Part shown: positions 32,501 through 41,744 of the stretch, one piece after another
How positions within the stretch are numbered: the stretch's first letter is position 1
Layout: the number at the start of each line of letters is the position of its first letter
Assembly (NCBI GenBank): GCA_965238075.1
Contig: OZ250173.1
Span: 1,344,001 to 1,408,000, forward strand
Length of the DNA stretch: 64,000 nt
DNA from: Candidatus Entotheonellaceae bacterium
Lineage (GTDB): Bacteria > Tectomicrobia > Entotheonellia > Entotheonellales > Entotheonellaceae
Direction of reading: 5' to 3'
Notes under the pieces: model-generated
Databases searched by the model: none
The model's input: the letters and a program-made list of their open reading frames with translations, nothing else
Told to the model about the DNA's origin: nothing
Translations under genes and position numbers: made by a program

Positions 32501-33867
32501 CGATGTCGGTCGTCGTCGAACCCGATCCGCGAGGAAGGAATATGCCTTTACTCCGGTCGCTGCCTACGGCAGTGATCCAATAATCGCCGATGGCGGCGTG
32601 GCCGTTGTTCCACTCCACAGTGACCCGACCCTGGCCCGCCGTCGCCACCAAACCGGTCGGCGCGGGCCACAGTGGAGTGGCCGTCACGGTGGATGCCGCG
32701 CCGTCATCGGTATTATTCACCGCCCGCACCGCAAACGTGTACTCGGTGCCGTTGGTCAGACCGGTCACGGTGTAGCTGGTCGTGGTGTCATCGCTGCCGC
32801 TGATGACGCTGAAGGAGCCACCGTCGGTGCTGTACTCGTACTCGTCGATTGTGCTGTCGCCCGGATCGTCCCAGGTAAGACCGATCCGTCTGTCACCCAC
32901 CTCGGCCTCGAGCTTCGTCGGGGCGGCCGGCACCGGTGCAGGCGTGGCGGTCACGGTGGATGCCGCGCCGTTACCGCCAGCGTTCACCGCCCGCACCCCA
33001 AACGTGTACTCGGTGCCGTTGGTCAGGCCGGTCACGGTGTAGCTGGTCGTGGTGTCACCGCTGTTGGGGATGTCGGTCCAGCTGCCGTAGGTCCCCGTGT
33101 CTGTTTTCCGGCGATACTGGTACTTCGTGATGGTGTTGTTGGCCGGATTGGTCCAGGACAGAGTGACCTGGCCGTCATCCGGCGTGGCCGAGAGGTTCAT
33201 TGGGGCGGCCGGGGCGCGAATTTGCCCATTGACCCTGATTTGTAACACAGTGAAATTAGTCGAACCCCACCCGGTTGAGCCCGGAGTGCGCGTGTGGCGT
33301 TCATTCCCGATGCTCCACCCGATGGCCGAACCGGAATCTTGGAGGGCAGATGTCGTATTGTCCCATTGGGGGTAACTAGCACTGCCGTTAGGCGCGAAAA
33401 CCATTTGCACGAAGTATTGGGTGTTTGCATTCAGACTGGCACCGGCAGGGGCGGTGAACGTTCGGAGTCCCGCCGCCACGTTGGCCGGGTTGTTCAAGGT
33501 ATATAGCGTATTGCCCCCCGGATCGCCCGATCCGTTGTCACCCCTCACCGTTACCGTCAGGGTTCCGCTACCCGGAGCCACGCCTACGCCCAACTCGATA
33601 CTTGTCAAGGAGTAGCCCAGTGTATTCTGGCCCGTGGTGAACCCCTGAGCATGATCACTGGGAGTTACGGGTGTCTGACCGGCGTTAGATTGGCCCGTGT
33701 TGCTCACGAGCACGGTCTGGGCGTGCACTAGCGCCGGAAAGCCAAGCATCAGCGTCGCGGCGGCGAGGAATACGCCGATGATTGTCAGCCGCGGGTCTTT
33801 GCTCCGCATCACGCCCTGAATATCCGAGCGGTCCAATGCGCGACGACCCCTAGGATGAGCGGTCCGG

Positions 33868-34161
33868 TCAGGATTTTTCTTCGCAGATTGGCGCGTCAAC
33901 AAAGTTGGGGGCCCTCCTTGTTCTGTTTTCAGCCATTGTACTGGGTCTCGTATCTGCCTTCTTGTCCGAAGCGCTAGTCCCCGATTCGTCTCCGCCGGCC
34001 TTCACCCACTCGTCCACTTCCGAGAGCCTGAAGCGCAGCAACCGTCCCACCCGGCGAGCGGGAAAGCCTTTCGCGGCGACCCAGCGGTAAATGGACACCT
34101 TAGTCACCTGCAGATGCGCGGCGACCTCGGCGATACCGACCCAGGCTTCTTCAGTGGCCAT
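33868..34161 (-). CDS. Excisionase-like HTH (HTH_17) DNA-binding protein
   Basis: IAEVAAHLQVTKVSIYRW...FPARRVGRLLRFRLSEVDEW. Confidence 0.85.
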   Translation of the reverse strand: MATEEAWVGIAEVAAHLQVTKVSIYRWVAAKGFPARRVGRLLRFRLSEVDEWVKAGGDESGTSASDKKADTRPSTMAENRTRRAPNFVDAPICEEKS

Positions 34162-34212
34162 CTTCGCCGGACTCCCATAACGAAAAATAATGAAGTATTA
34201 CGAGAATATATG

Positions 34213-35502
34213 GGTGCCTCGAAAAATAACTCGCTGGCGGACAGAAGTGGCGTGAATGGCGCTGTCGCGTCACTGGCGACAGAGAATGAACGGTGGTTTG
34301 CGCGGTGATGTCGCGTCCCGACAGGGGCCATGGCCCTTTCAAAGAGGGCATCCGGCACCCACCCCGCTGCACCCTTTACCCTGAATCCACCATCGACAAC
34401 CGTTGCAATTGAACCAGGCGCCGCATGTTGTAGGCGAGGTTCTTAAGACCTAATCCGCGCCCGCGCCCGTACAAGCCCGATGCTGCGAACCAACGTCCCA
34501 CCCATGTCGTTGCGCTGCGCGCCGAAGACGTGTTCCACCCGTGCCCGAAACCGTGAACGACTCTTGTTGCCCGCCTTCTCCCAATCCCGCAACGGGTGGT
34601 TGCGATAGCCCTTGCGATGTATCCGACTTGTCAAACCCTTGGCCTTCACCTTCGCTTCAATGGCTTTCGACCGGTAGGCGCTGTCCGCCCAGACACCGCC
34701 TGCCGTGTTGTTCGGCGTCAGCAGGTCATCAACCGCTTGGCTGTCGTGGACCGCCGCGTCCGTCACCCGGTAACGCCGTATCAGCTTGTGCCGACGGTCG
34801 ATGTTGACATGATTCTTGTAGCCATAGTGGCTCTTGCCATGCTTCTTTGTCCAGCGCGCATCCGTATCCTTTTGCCGACGCTTGGCCGGCTTGTCGGCCC
34901 AGGCATCGGGTGTCTCACCCCGCTTGATCTGCTCATTGTCGTCACGACGATTGCGCTGGATGGGGACCGCCACAATCGAAGCATCAATGATCTGGCCACC
35001 CATTGCCTGGTAGCCCTGGCTTTTCAGGTAAGCGTCGAAATCCTCGAACAAGGCATCGATGAGGCCAGCCTGTGACAACTGCTCGCGGTAGAGCCACACC
35101 GTCTTGGCGTCCGGTACCTTGTCTTCGAGTGCCAGTCCCAGGAAGCGCACGAAGGAGAGGCGGTCGCGCATCTGATACTCGACCTGGTCATCCGACAGAT
35201 TGCACAGGGCGCACAGAATGATCGCTTTGAACATGACGATGGCGTCCCAGGGTTTGCACCCCGCATTAGACTTACGCTTGTCGGGTGGCTTGCGCCAGAC
35301 TTTCTCCAGGCGGTTCCTGAACGCTTCCCAAGCAACCAGCGCATTGATCCTTACTAATGGATCGGTTTTGGCATCCAAAGCGGCGTCGCGATTCTCGATA
35401 TCGAAAAAGCCCATCTGACCCATGCTCAACTCCCCCGGCTCTTTGGCAAATGTGTCTCAGTGATTCTAAACCAAGTGGGAGATGAGTATTATTAGAGATG
35501 CC
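34213..35502 (-). mobile_element. IS5-family element
   Basis: Transposase plus imperfect ends GGCATCTCTAATAAT / GGTGCCTCGAAAAAT (10/15 match); TSD not resolved. Confidence 0.7.
34376..35429 (-). pseudogene. IS5 transposase with a 1-nt insertion near the C-terminus
   Basis: LSDDQVE, VPDAKT, IIDASIV, YGYKNH, HDS, ADSAY, RARVEHVF; continuation GLKNLAYNMRRL lies in another frame after ~34450. Confidence 0.85.
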
Positions 35503-35553
35503 CTGCCGTAATTGCACTATCGCATACATAGCAAAGATTGGCTTATCGGCCGC

Positions 35554-36945
35554 TTACTCGTGGTCCCCGGCGAAGACCGCCTTGTTGATGGTCGCGTGAA
35601 CGCCCCAATTGCCGTCCACGACCTGGGTGATGCCAAAGTCCACCGCCACGGACATGAGCGAGATGGCTTCATCTTCGCTGAGACCTCGGGTGGTCATCAG
35701 AAAGTGGCGCATCTTGCGGAAGGCATCGCGCATTGCCTTGTCCACCGACGATTGGCTGTAGATTTCCTGTTGGGCTTTGTCACCGAGCTCAACCAGGTAG
35801 TCGGCCTAGCTGAAACCGTGCACCACCCAGGCATCCGGGGTTTCGAGGAGGGGGTAATAAAGCGCCTCCAGGTCGGCGCCCGGCAGATTTTCCTGCTTGT
35901 GAACGGCGATCTGAATGATGCCGGTGAGAGACATTTCGATGGCCGTGCCGGCGAGTTCGGAATCACCCTGCGCGGCGTGTGAATCACCCAGCGACAACAG
36001 GCCACCGTCAACAGCGACCGGATAATACATCGTGGCATTTTTGCCGATGCGCCAGTCGTCAATGTTGCCGCCGAAAGAACTCGGCGGGATGGAGTCGACG
36101 ATGTCGGCTTCGTCCGGTGCGAGACCGATGACACCGAAATGGGGCCGAATGGGCACGCGAACGCCTTTCAAGACGCCATGCTGCTCGGTGACGAGACTGT
36201 GATCGACCGGCACCCCGGGGTAGTCGATGATTTCGTGCAGCACGCCGAACGGGTCGACCTGGGGCACCCAGCGAAAGCTGTAGACCGCCTTCGCCCAGTT
36301 CTTGTTGCCAGCCGTGTCTACCTCGTAAATCGTAATCACTTCACGCGGCTTGGGCTCCTCGATGAGGTCCTGATAGTGGTAGCCCCACCACGCCGCCGCA
36401 TTGCTGCCGAAGGACTTGCCGCCATACTTCGGATTTCCGGACGGACGCGGTTGCACATCGAGGATACGAACCTCAACGATGTTGCCGAGAGCCGCACCGC
36501 ACACATAAATGGGCCCGGTGAGAATGTGGACACCGAACCCTTCACCGCCGCCACGGCCATAGACCGATGCGTCCAGCGGTCCGGCCCCCCGGCGCTTGAC
36601 GTTCTTCTCGTCGGCGGTCCAATGATAGACGCTCTCCGCACCCGGGTCGCCTTTGACCATGCGATCCAAGTCGTCCCCGGCATGATGGGTCAGCGTCTCC
36701 ACGGTGACGATATCTCCCGAATGAATGACCAACCGCGGGGCTAACGATTTGCTGAAGTATCCCCAGTGCACCGTCTTGTCGTTGGCGGGTAGGTAGTGGT
36801 GCCTGGCTGCTGTCGGCGCCTCAGCGCATTGCGGCGGCTCGGCCGCGACGACGACCTGTAACGGCAGCAGCGCCAAGGCGCCGGCAAAACACGCCGCAGC
36901 AAAGCGCCGCGGCCAGCATTTAGACTTCTGTTCCGTCATAGACAT
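35554..36945 (-). pseudogene. Secreted acetamidase/formamidase family protein with in-frame TAG
   Basis: TVHWGYF, GVHILTGP, GGNIDDW, GDSHAAQGDSE.GTAIE; HGFS*ADYL at 35806-8 continues in frame to ITQVVDGNWGVHA. Confidence 0.85.
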
Positions 36946-37000
36946 CGCATCCTCTTGTTTAGGGAAAGTCTTGGGCGTTTCAGATAGTCCTTAACATCGG

Positions 37001-37015
37001 GCAAAAGTCGTGCCA
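37001..37015 (-). promoter_or_regulatory. Sigma54 (-24/-12) promoter
   Basis: Revcomp TGGCACGACTTTTGC matches consensus TGGCACG-N4-TTGC, ~55 nt upstream of the amidase start. Confidence 0.8.
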
Positions 37016-37316
37016 TACGTATCAACAGGACCCGGATACGATCGAGAATCATCTCCGTATCTTTACAAAATAAAGAGTTACACGTCCTCGCCGGGGAGGG
37101 GAAGGGGCGCTCAAAACGGTAAGACAAAGCCAGAATGATCTGACGACATTGTCGGCTATGCACGAATCTGGAAGTGCGAATCGTAGCCCAAACCGTCTTT
37201 TTTGTCGGATTGATACTGAATTCTGTCAGTACGGAACCCGCCTGGACTCATACCGGGCGATGGAGTAGCATCGGTGGCCTTGCATCCGCCCCTATTCCAT
37301 TGGCCCGGAGGTCCCG

Positions 37317-39668
37317 ATGTCCCGCCGACTGACGCCATCCGATTTACGAAATGCCCTGCCCGACGTGACCTCAACGCTGAAGCTATCCGGCCTGGAAAAG
37401 CCGGTCGACATCTGCCGCGACCGCTGGGGCGTGCCGCACCTGCAGGCGGCTACCGAGCAAGACGCCTTCTTCGCTCAGGGGTTCGTGACGGCCCAGGACC
37501 GCTTGTGGCATATGGATTACGACCGACATCGGGCACTGGGGCGCTGGTCGGAGTTCGCCGGGCCGGACGCCTTGCCGGAGGACCGGCTGATGCGGCGGTT
37601 TCGCGTCGAGCGGGCCGCGCGCATGGATATCGAGGTGACGAGCGGCGCGGCGCGGGACATGCTGGCGGCATACAGCGATGGGGTAAACGCCTTTCTCGCC
37701 AGCACCCGCACGCTGCCGGTCGAATACACCTTGTTGCAGGCCGCCCCGGAACCGTGGGAGCCGTGGCACTGTCTGGCCGTCTACAAGGTCCGTAACATGC
37801 TGATGGGAACATTCGAGATGAAGCTGTGGCGGTTGCGGCTGGCCCTCGGGCTCGGCGTGGAGCGGGCTGCGGCGCTGTTCCAGGGGTATCCGCAGGGCAG
37901 TCTGGTGACGGTGCCGCCGGGCGAGGCGTACGACGGGCCGCCATTGTCGTGCCTCGACGAGCTGGCCGCCGCCGCAGCCGCCTGCAACTGGCTGGGCGAG
38001 GTGGACGCCGGCAGCAACGCCTGGGTGATTTCCGGCGACCGCACGGCCTCCGGGTTGCCGCTGGTGGCGGGAGATTCGCACCGCGCCCTCGACACGCCCA
38101 ACGTCTATTACCAAGTGCACATGGCCTGCCCGTCGTTCCGCGTCAGCGGCTACGCCCTGCCTGGTGTCCCCGGCGCCCCGCACTTCAGCCACAACGCGTA
38201 CGTCGCCTGGGGTATGACGCACGGCTACGCGGACTATCAGGACCTGTTCATCGAACGCTTTCGCAGCCGCGACGGCGTGTTGGAATACGCTTGGCAAGAC
38301 GATTGGCAACCCGCCGAGACCGTCGACGAGGCGCTGCACGCGCGCGACGGCGCGTCGGAAACCTTGCAGGTGGTGGCGACTCGCCACGGCCCCGTCATTA
38401 CCGGCGATCCGCATGCCGGACACGGCCTCGCCTTCAGCCATCCCGGCACCAACAGCGGCACCCCGTGGGCCAACACGCTGTACGACTTGCTGCGGGCGCA
38501 CTCGGCGGACGAGGCCGAGGAGGCGCTGCGGCCCTGGACGGAGCCGGTGAACAACTTCGTCTACGCCGACGTGCACGGCGAGTTCGGCTACCGCTACCGC
38601 GGACGCATCCCCATCCGCCCCATGGCCAACGCCTGGACCGCCGTCCCCGGCTGGGACGGCCGGCACGAATGGCAGGGCGATATCCCGTTCGAGGACATGC
38701 CGCAGACCCGCAATCCATCCGCCGGCTACGTCGTCACCTGCAATCAGGGCGCGGCGCCTGCCGATTATCCGTACTACATCAACACCTACTTCGGCGCCGA
38801 CACGCGCGCCCGGCGGATCACGGCCCGCCTGCAAGAGCTGGCGCCCGGTGCGGCTGCGGTGGCGGACATGGCCGCGGTGCATGCCGATCGCCTGTCGCGC
38901 CCGGCGCAGATATGCCTGAAGATACTCGCGCAAACGCCGCTGCCGGCCGACCCCCGGGTTGCCGAAGCGCGCGACCGGCTACTGGCCTGGGATTGCCGTA
39001 TGGATCGCAACTCGGTGGCCGCGACGATCTACGCCGCCCTGCGCGCCTGCTGGCTGGAGGAGATTCTGAAAACCGCCCTCGGGCCGTTCGCCGACGAGGC
39101 CATCGGCACTGCCGGCACCGGCCGCGGCGGCCCGACGCACGCTCTGCAACTCTATACTCGCGCCGTCCACGCCATGGCGGCGAACGACCCCGCGCCCCTG
39201 CCGCCCGGCCAGACCTGGCCGCAATGCCTGGAGGCCGCCCTGCACCGCGCCGTCGACGACCTGCGCCAGCGCCTCGGCGACGACGTGCAGACTTGGCAGT
39301 GGGGCACGTTGCACCGCACCCGGCCCCAACACCCGCTGTCGCGTGTCTTCCCCGATTGCGCCGACCTGCTCAATCCGCCGCAGATTCCCGCCGGCGGCGA
39401 CGGCGATACGCCGCAACAGGGCGGCAGTTGGACCACAGAGCGCTTCGTCCTGACATCGCTGTCCGTGAACCGCTACATCCACGACCCCGCCGACTGGCGC
39501 CGTTCCCGCTGGGTCGTGCCGCTGGGCGCTTCGGGCCACCCGGGCAGCCCCCATTACGCCGACCAGGCCACCCTGTGGGCCGAGGTTGAGACCGTCCCGC
39601 AGCTGTGGGAGTGGGACGACATCACGGCCGCGGCCGAAACCCGTCAGCGCCTGCTCCCGGCGCCCTGA
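37317..39668 (+). CDS. Penicillin acylase family Ntn-hydrolase
   Basis: RDRWGVPH, AQGFVTAQDRLW, GSNAWVISG (Ser nucleophile), TRHGP, NFVYAD, GASGHPGSPHYADQ. Confidence 0.92.
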   Translation: MSRRLTPSDLRNALPDVTSTLKLSGLEKPVDICRDRWGVPHLQAATEQDAFFAQGFVTAQDRLWHMDYDRHRALGRWSEFAGPDALPEDRLMRRFRVERAARMDIEVTSGAARDMLAAYSDGVNAFLASTRTLPVEYTLLQAAPEPWEPWHCLAVYKVRNMLMGTFEMKLWRLRLALGLGVERAAALFQGYPQGSLVTVPPGEAYDGPPLSCLDELAAAAAACNWLGEVDAGSNAWVISGDRTASGLPLVAGDSHRALDTPNVYYQVHMACPSFRVSGYALPGVPGAPHFSHNAYVAWGMTHGYADYQDLFIERFRSRDGVLEYAWQDDWQPAETVDEALHARDGASETLQVVATRHGPVITGDPHAGHGLAFSHPGTNSGTPWANTLYDLLRAHSADEAEEALRPWTEPVNNFVYADVHGEFGYRYRGRIPIRPMANAWTAVPGWDGRHEWQGDIPFEDMPQTRNPSAGYVVTCNQGAAPADYPYYINTYFGADTRARRITARLQELAPGAAAVADMAAVHADRLSRPAQICLKILAQTPLPADPRVAEARDRLLAWDCRMDRNSVAATIYAALRACWLEEILKTALGPFADEAIGTAGTGRGGPTHALQLYTRAVHAMAANDPAPLPPGQTWPQCLEAALHRAVDDLRQRLGDDVQTWQWGTLHRTRPQHPLSRVFPDCADLLNPPQIPAGGDGDTPQQGGSWTTERFVLTSLSVNRYIHDPADWRRSRWVVPLGASGHPGSPHYADQATLWAEVETVPQLWEWDDITAAAETRQRLLPAP

Positions 39669-39682
39669 ATCCGGAGACCCGC

Positions 39683-39991
39683 ATGCCGTACCAACTGTTG
39701 CCTATGGATAATTCCGCTGCCCCGCCCCTCGATATTTCCGACCGCCTGCGCTCCCAACTGGTGTACTTCATGACGCCGCCGGACGAGCCGCAGGTGCCGC
39801 CACTGGGACCGAATGATTATTGGATCGACGCCGTTGAGGCCGCCGAGTGGTTCGCGGATGGCGTATTCGAGTTGGTTTCGCCACTGGACGGGGAGCGCCC
39901 GACGAGCATCGAGCTGTCCGAAGAGCAGGAGGTGTTGTTCGAGTGGCTCACCGGGCACGCGATTCAGCACGTGCGGGTGGCGGAGGGGTAG
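39683..39991 (+). CDS. Hypothetical acidic protein (102 aa)
   Basis: RBS GGAGA, follows acylase, plausible codon usage. Confidence 0.6.
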   Translation: MPYQLLPMDNSAAPPLDISDRLRSQLVYFMTPPDEPQVPPLGPNDYWIDAVEAAEWFADGVFELVSPLDGERPTSIELSEEQEVLFEWLTGHAIQHVRVAEG

Positions 39992-40502
39992 CAGTTTCTT
40001 CCAACACGCGGATATCCGGCAGGTGGCGGTATTGTCCGTTAAAATCCATGCCGTAGCCGACGATGAACAGGTTGGGGATGGTGAAGCCGCGGTAGTCGAT
40101 GTCAACAGGGACCTCACGGCGGGCCGGTTTGTCCAGGAGGCTACAGATGCGCAGGGAGGCGGGGCGCCGTTGCCGCAGGTAGTCGCACAGGTAGGTAACG
40201 GAATGGCCGCTGTCGACGATGTCCTCGACGAGCACCACGTCTCGGCCGGTGATGTCGGCGCGCAGTTCGTGAAAGACCTCCATCCGGCCGCTGCTGATCG
40301 TGCCGCTGCCGTAGCTGGACAGCCCTACGAAGCCGATTTCCACCGGCAGATCGAGCGCCCGCGCAAGATCGGCCAGGAACACGAAGGCGCCTTGCAGCAC
40401 GCCGATCAGCACGGTCGGTCCGGCGGCGTAATCGCGGCGAATCTCACCGGCCAGCCGCGCCACCGCCTGGTCAATACGCTGGCGCGAGATCAGCACGTCC
40501 AT
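39948..40502 (-). CDS. hpt: Hypoxanthine phosphoribosyltransferase
   Basis: GVLQGAFVFLADL, SSYG, VVLVEDIVDSG, LLDK, FIVGYGMD, YRHLP. Confidence 0.93.
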   Translation of the reverse strand: MDVLISRQRIDQAVARLAGEIRRDYAAGPTVLIGVLQGAFVFLADLARALDLPVEIGFVGLSSYGSGTISSGRMEVFHELRADITGRDVVLVEDIVDSGHSVTYLCDYLRQRRPASLRICSLLDKPARREVPVDIDYRGFTIPNLFIVGYGMDFNGQYRHLPDIRVLEETATPPPPARAESRAR

Positions 40503-40515
40503 CGGCTGACAGACC

Positions 40516-40986
40516 TCATTGCGCTGCGATACGCATGACGACGTCCCACTCCTGCTGCGTCACCGGCTGCACCGACAGGCGGCTGCCCTTGCGGATCACC
40601 ATCATCGCTTCCAGACCGGGGATGTCCTTCAGCGCCGCTAAGGTGATGGGCGTCTTGAAGGTGCGCACGTAGCCGACGTCGACCATCAGCCAGGTCGGCT
40701 GCGCCGAGTCGCTCTTCGCGTCGTAATAACGGCTGTTAGGGTCGAAGGCGGTGTCGTCGGAATAAGCCTCGCGCACCACTTCGGCAACGCCGTAGATGCC
40801 CATGGGCTTGGCGTTGCTGTGGTAGAAGAGCACGCCGTCGCCGAGCCGCATGTCGTCGCGCATGAAATTGCGCGCCTGGTAGTTGCGCACCCCTTCCCAG
40901 GACGTCGAGCCGTCGCGCTGCAGGTCGCCGATCGAGTAGACGCTCGGCTCCGATTTCATCAGCCAGTAGCGTTTTGGTTCGGCCAT
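40516..40986 (-). CDS. EVE domain protein
   Basis: YWLMKSEP, WEGVRNYQARNFM, FYHSN, YYD.KS, RLSVQPV. Confidence 0.93.
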   Translation of the reverse strand: MAEPKRYWLMKSEPSVYSIGDLQRDGSTSWEGVRNYQARNFMRDDMRLGDGVLFYHSNAKPMGIYGVAEVVREAYSDDTAFDPNSRYYDAKSDSAQPTWLMVDVGYVRTFKTPITLAALKDIPGLEAMMVIRKGSRLSVQPVTQQEWDVVMRIAAQ

Positions 40987-41032
40987 GAAGCCCCCTCCCC
41001 AATCTCTCCCTCGCACAGGAGGGGCATTTGGG

Positions 41033-41503
41033 CTATACGGCTGGAGCGCTGCTGTCCCGCACGCCCTGCACGGCGTCGGCGATGTCGGCCACGTCGAGCA
41101 CCATTTCCATCAGCGTCACCTGCTCCTCATACACCTCGGGCGACACCTGGCATTTGATCGCCTCCTCGGTGACGTGGTAGACCGGCAGCCCCAACGACGT
41201 GCCGGCCAAGGCGCCGGCCCACGAGGGATCGCCCTCGGTCACCGTCAGGGCGTACAGGCGGCTGCTCTCGGCGGTCGGCGTGCCCAGCACCACCACCATG
41301 TCCTCGCGCGGGTATTGCTCGGCCACCCGCTTGATCTCCTCCTGACCTTCCAGGTCAAGGGCGCCGGCGGCCGTTCAAACGAAACAATGGGTCACCTCCA
41401 GCACCACCTCGGCGCCGGCGCTCGTTGTGCATTGCGCGATGGCGCCGCCCTGGATGCCGTCGCGCTCGCCCAAGGCGATAACCTTCTTACCTTGCAGTTG
41501 CAT
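41033..41503 (-). CDS. grdA: Glycine/sarcosine/betaine reductase component A, selenoprotein (Sec43, 156 aa)
   Basis: ATG 41503 with RBS AAAGGAG; GKKVIALGERDGI..THCFV-TGA(41375-7)-TAAGALDLE in frame with GDPSWAGALAG..LGLPVYH. Confidence 0.93.
41341..41359 (-). promoter_or_regulatory. Candidate SECIS hairpin of grdA
   Basis: CUUGACCU-GGA-AGGUCAGG, 8-bp stem starting 15 nt after UGA. Confidence 0.7.
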
Positions 41504-41537
41504 GATGAATCTCCTTTCGGGGTTGTCCGTTGGCGCC

Positions 41538-41744
41538 TAGAGCGCTTTCGGAGCAAGACGGTTTGCAGGCCGGGACTTTCCCCTCACCCCAACCCTCTCT
41601 CGCCGGGGGAGAGGGAGCAAAAACCCCCTCTCAGGGTAAAGTCAGCCTCTTGATCCCCTCCCCCCTCCGTGGCGGAGGGCCAGGGAGGGGGCGTATGAGC
41701 CGACCGGTATTTCCACCGGTGCAATCAGATACGTAAATGCTCTA
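41538..41744. mobile_element. MITE (TAGAGC..GCTCTA ends) carrying REP hairpins
   Basis: Ends TAGAGCGCTTTCGG / revcomp TAGAGCATTTACG; inverted sister copy at 50699-50884. Confidence 0.75.

Larger units (their letters stand above)
26138..33809 (-). pseudogene. Giant secreted adhesin/autotransporter-like protein (FN3 repeats, Ig/cadherin-like, Calx-beta-like, C-terminal beta-barrel) interrupted by IS630
   Basis: Signal peptide ..ALVHA-Q; repeated LTNGTEYTF.VRAVN; VNAVNDPP; NANLS.L..S.GTL.P.F; barrel ending LSIPF; halves rejoin in frame (ADYTL|DGLEEW), ~2153 aa. Confidence 0.85.

Noticed and set aside
29600-33250. Diversity-generating retroelement TR/VR pair among the adhesin repeats
   Set aside because: Repeats are in-frame domain duplications, differences do not look adenine-specific by eye, and there is no reverse transcriptase in the window.
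33868-34161. Prophage or ICE inferred from the excisionase-like gene
   Set aside because: No integrase, att-flanked tRNA, phage structural or conjugation genes in the window.
35806-35808. Pyrrolysine or amber recoding of in-frame TAGs (also ~24630 and 60075)
   Set aside because: No pyl genes or methylamine methyltransferases in the window; positions correspond to ordinary Tyr/Gln/Trp-type residues one substitution away; TAG is used as a normal stop in many genes here.
39948-40986. EVE protein and hpt as functional parts of the Grd system
   Set aside because: Co-oriented but common standalone genes; no known or visible mechanistic link.
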